From Bacteroidota bacterium (lineage in GTDB: Bacteria > Bacteroidota > Bacteroidia > NS11-12g > UBA955): a stretch of 64,000 bases of DNA. The notes under the pieces are model-generated. The model was not told where the DNA came from. It saw only the letters and a program-made list of their open reading frames with translations, and made no database searches. A program made the position numbers and the translations under genes. The stretch spans positions 96,567-160,566 of the forward strand of contig JAUXOK010000026.1 in the NCBI GenBank assembly GCA_030682255.1. The letters are read 5' to 3'. Positions 62,763 through 64,000 of the stretch are shown piece after piece. Each line of letters opens with the position of its first letter. The first letter of the stretch is position 1.

Positions 62763-63641
62763 ATGGCAAACTTAAAAGAAATAAGAAGTAGAATCTCCTC
62801 AACTGTTTCGACACAGCAAATCACAAAAGCCATGAAATTGGTTTCTGCGACTAAATTGAGGAAAGCTCAAGCTGCCATTACTCAAATGCGCCCTTATGCT
62901 GATAAGTTAAATGGCGTTTTAAAGAATTTAGCTGATAGTGCCAATGACGAGCGTTTGTCTAAATATTTCACTGAACAAAAGTTAGAAAAAGTACTTTTAA
63001 TTGTTGTTACAAGTGATAGAGGTTTGTGTGGTGGTTTTAACGCGAATATTATCAAACGTGTGAATCATCTCTTGAAAAATGATTATGCTGAATTAGCTGC
63101 AAAAAATCAAGTTGACCTATTATTTGTTGGGAAAAAAGCCTACGAAAATTTTAAAAAGACATCTAACAACTGTTTAACAGATTATATCACTTTGTTTTCT
63201 AACTTAAATTCTGAAACAGGATTTTCATTAGGCGAACATGCTTTGGAAGTGTTTTTATCTGGCAAATACAACAGAATTGAAGTGGTTTACAATAAATTTA
63301 AAAATGCTGCTACTCAAATTATCAGCAACGATATTTTATTACCTGTAACACTTAAAAAAACTGGTACAAAAACAGTAAATAACGATTATATATTCGAGCC
63401 AGGCAAAATTGAAATCTTAGAAGAGCTAATTCCAAGAACCATCAAAACCGAACTTTACAGATGTTTATTAGATTCTTTTGCAAGTGAACATGGAGCTAGG
63501 ATGATTGCGATGGATAAGGCTACAGACAATGCTGGTGAAATATTGAAACAATTGAAACTCGTTTATAACAGAGGTCGTCAAGCGGCTATTACAAACGAAA
63601 TTTCCGAGATTGTTGGTGGTGCTGCTGCGCTAAATGGCTAG
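62763..63641 (+). CDS. atpG: F0F1 ATP synthase subunit gamma
   Basis: MANLKEIRSRI...; C-terminus ITNEISEIVGGAAALNG. Confidence 0.95.
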   Translation: MANLKEIRSRISSTVSTQQITKAMKLVSATKLRKAQAAITQMRPYADKLNGVLKNLADSANDERLSKYFTEQKLEKVLLIVVTSDRGLCGGFNANIIKRVNHLLKNDYAELAAKNQVDLLFVGKKAYENFKKTSNNCLTDYITLFSNLNSETGFSLGEHALEVFLSGKYNRIEVVYNKFKNAATQIISNDILLPVTLKKTGTKTVNNDYIFEPGKIEILEELIPRTIKTELYRCLLDSFASEHGARMIAMDKATDNAGEILKQLKLVYNRGRQAAITNEISEIVGGAAALNG

Positions 63642-63698
63642 TCACTTTCTATTTAGTTTTACTAATTTATTTTCTACACTTTTATATAAATTCGCCTG

Positions 63699-64000
63699 AT
63701 GAAAATTAAGCAGATTGGTGACTCATTTCACTTAGAAGCCATAAACAATACCGGTAATGTGATCCAAATGGATGCATCGCCAGAAATTGGAGGTGAAAAC
63801 AAAGGTATGAGACCCATGGAAATGCTTTTGGCTGCTATTGGCGGTTGCAGTTCTATCGATGTGATATTAATCTTAAAAAAACAAAAACAAATCATTGAGT
63901 CTTTTGAGGTAAATGTTGAGGGAGATAAAGAAAAAGTAGCCGATTACAGTTTATTTAGAAACATTTGTCTTCATTTTCAGTTTCAGGGCAATATTGACCC
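63699..64000 (+). CDS. OsmC-family protein (peroxiredoxin-like), 3'-partial at the window edge
   Basis: MKIKQIGDSFHLEAINNTGNVIQMDASPEIGGENKGMRPMEMLLAAIGGCSSIDV, an OsmC-like Cys-containing motif; the ORF runs to the end of the window. Confidence 0.65.
   Translation, partial: MKIKQIGDSFHLEAINNTGNVIQMDASPEIGGENKGMRPMEMLLAAIGGCSSIDVILILKKQKQIIESFEVNVEGDKEKVADYSLFRNICLHFQFQGNID

Overview
AT-rich (about one-third GC) chromosomal segment that looks like a Bacteroidota genome (Flavobacteriia/Cytophagia-like). Three lines of evidence support this. First, five proteins carry T9SS C-terminal sorting domains, both type A (Por_Secre_tail) and type B (gliding-motility CTD). Second, the gene order is Bacteroidetes-style: an sdhC-sdhA-sdhB succinate dehydrogenase/fumarate reductase operon, an rplM-rpsI-rpsB-tsf cluster, and an F-type ATP synthase operon preceded by AtpZ. 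Third, likely promoters match the -33 TTTG / -7 TAnnTTTG pattern. About 80 percent of the window is ordinary core genome: sdh, ribosomal proteins, atpBEFHAG, mnmE, PBP1A, rocD, sucD and a UDP-sugar trio (DegT aminotransferase, ugd, UDP-glucuronate decarboxylase), one tRNA-Arg and several clean rho-independent terminators. Interspersed with these are small accessory patches. The most interesting are: (i) an IS200-like REP-associated tyrosine transposase (RAYT) gene bracketed by arrays of REP/BIME-like palindromes built around GCCCTGAAAGGGC; (ii) a dispersed GGTTAATGG-rich repeat family, one copy of which carries a four-helix-bundle (TIGR02436-type) gene and sits exactly between sdhA and sdhB, with shorter gene-less copies at two other loci; (iii) two unrelated tandem arrays of 21-bp repeats (12 and 9 copies) in the upstream regions of an XRE regulator gene and of an orphan 333-aa protein gene; (iv) a signal-peptide-bearing protein with about 17 percent cysteine next to a second XRE regulator; (v) an ECF sigma factor translationally coupled to a putative anti-sigma factor that ends in a T9SS type-B sorting domain, followed by an 1827-aa type-B cargo protein. 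No CRISPR array, integrase or prophage structure was seen. All functional calls are from reading the translations and DNA motifs by eye; no database search was run.
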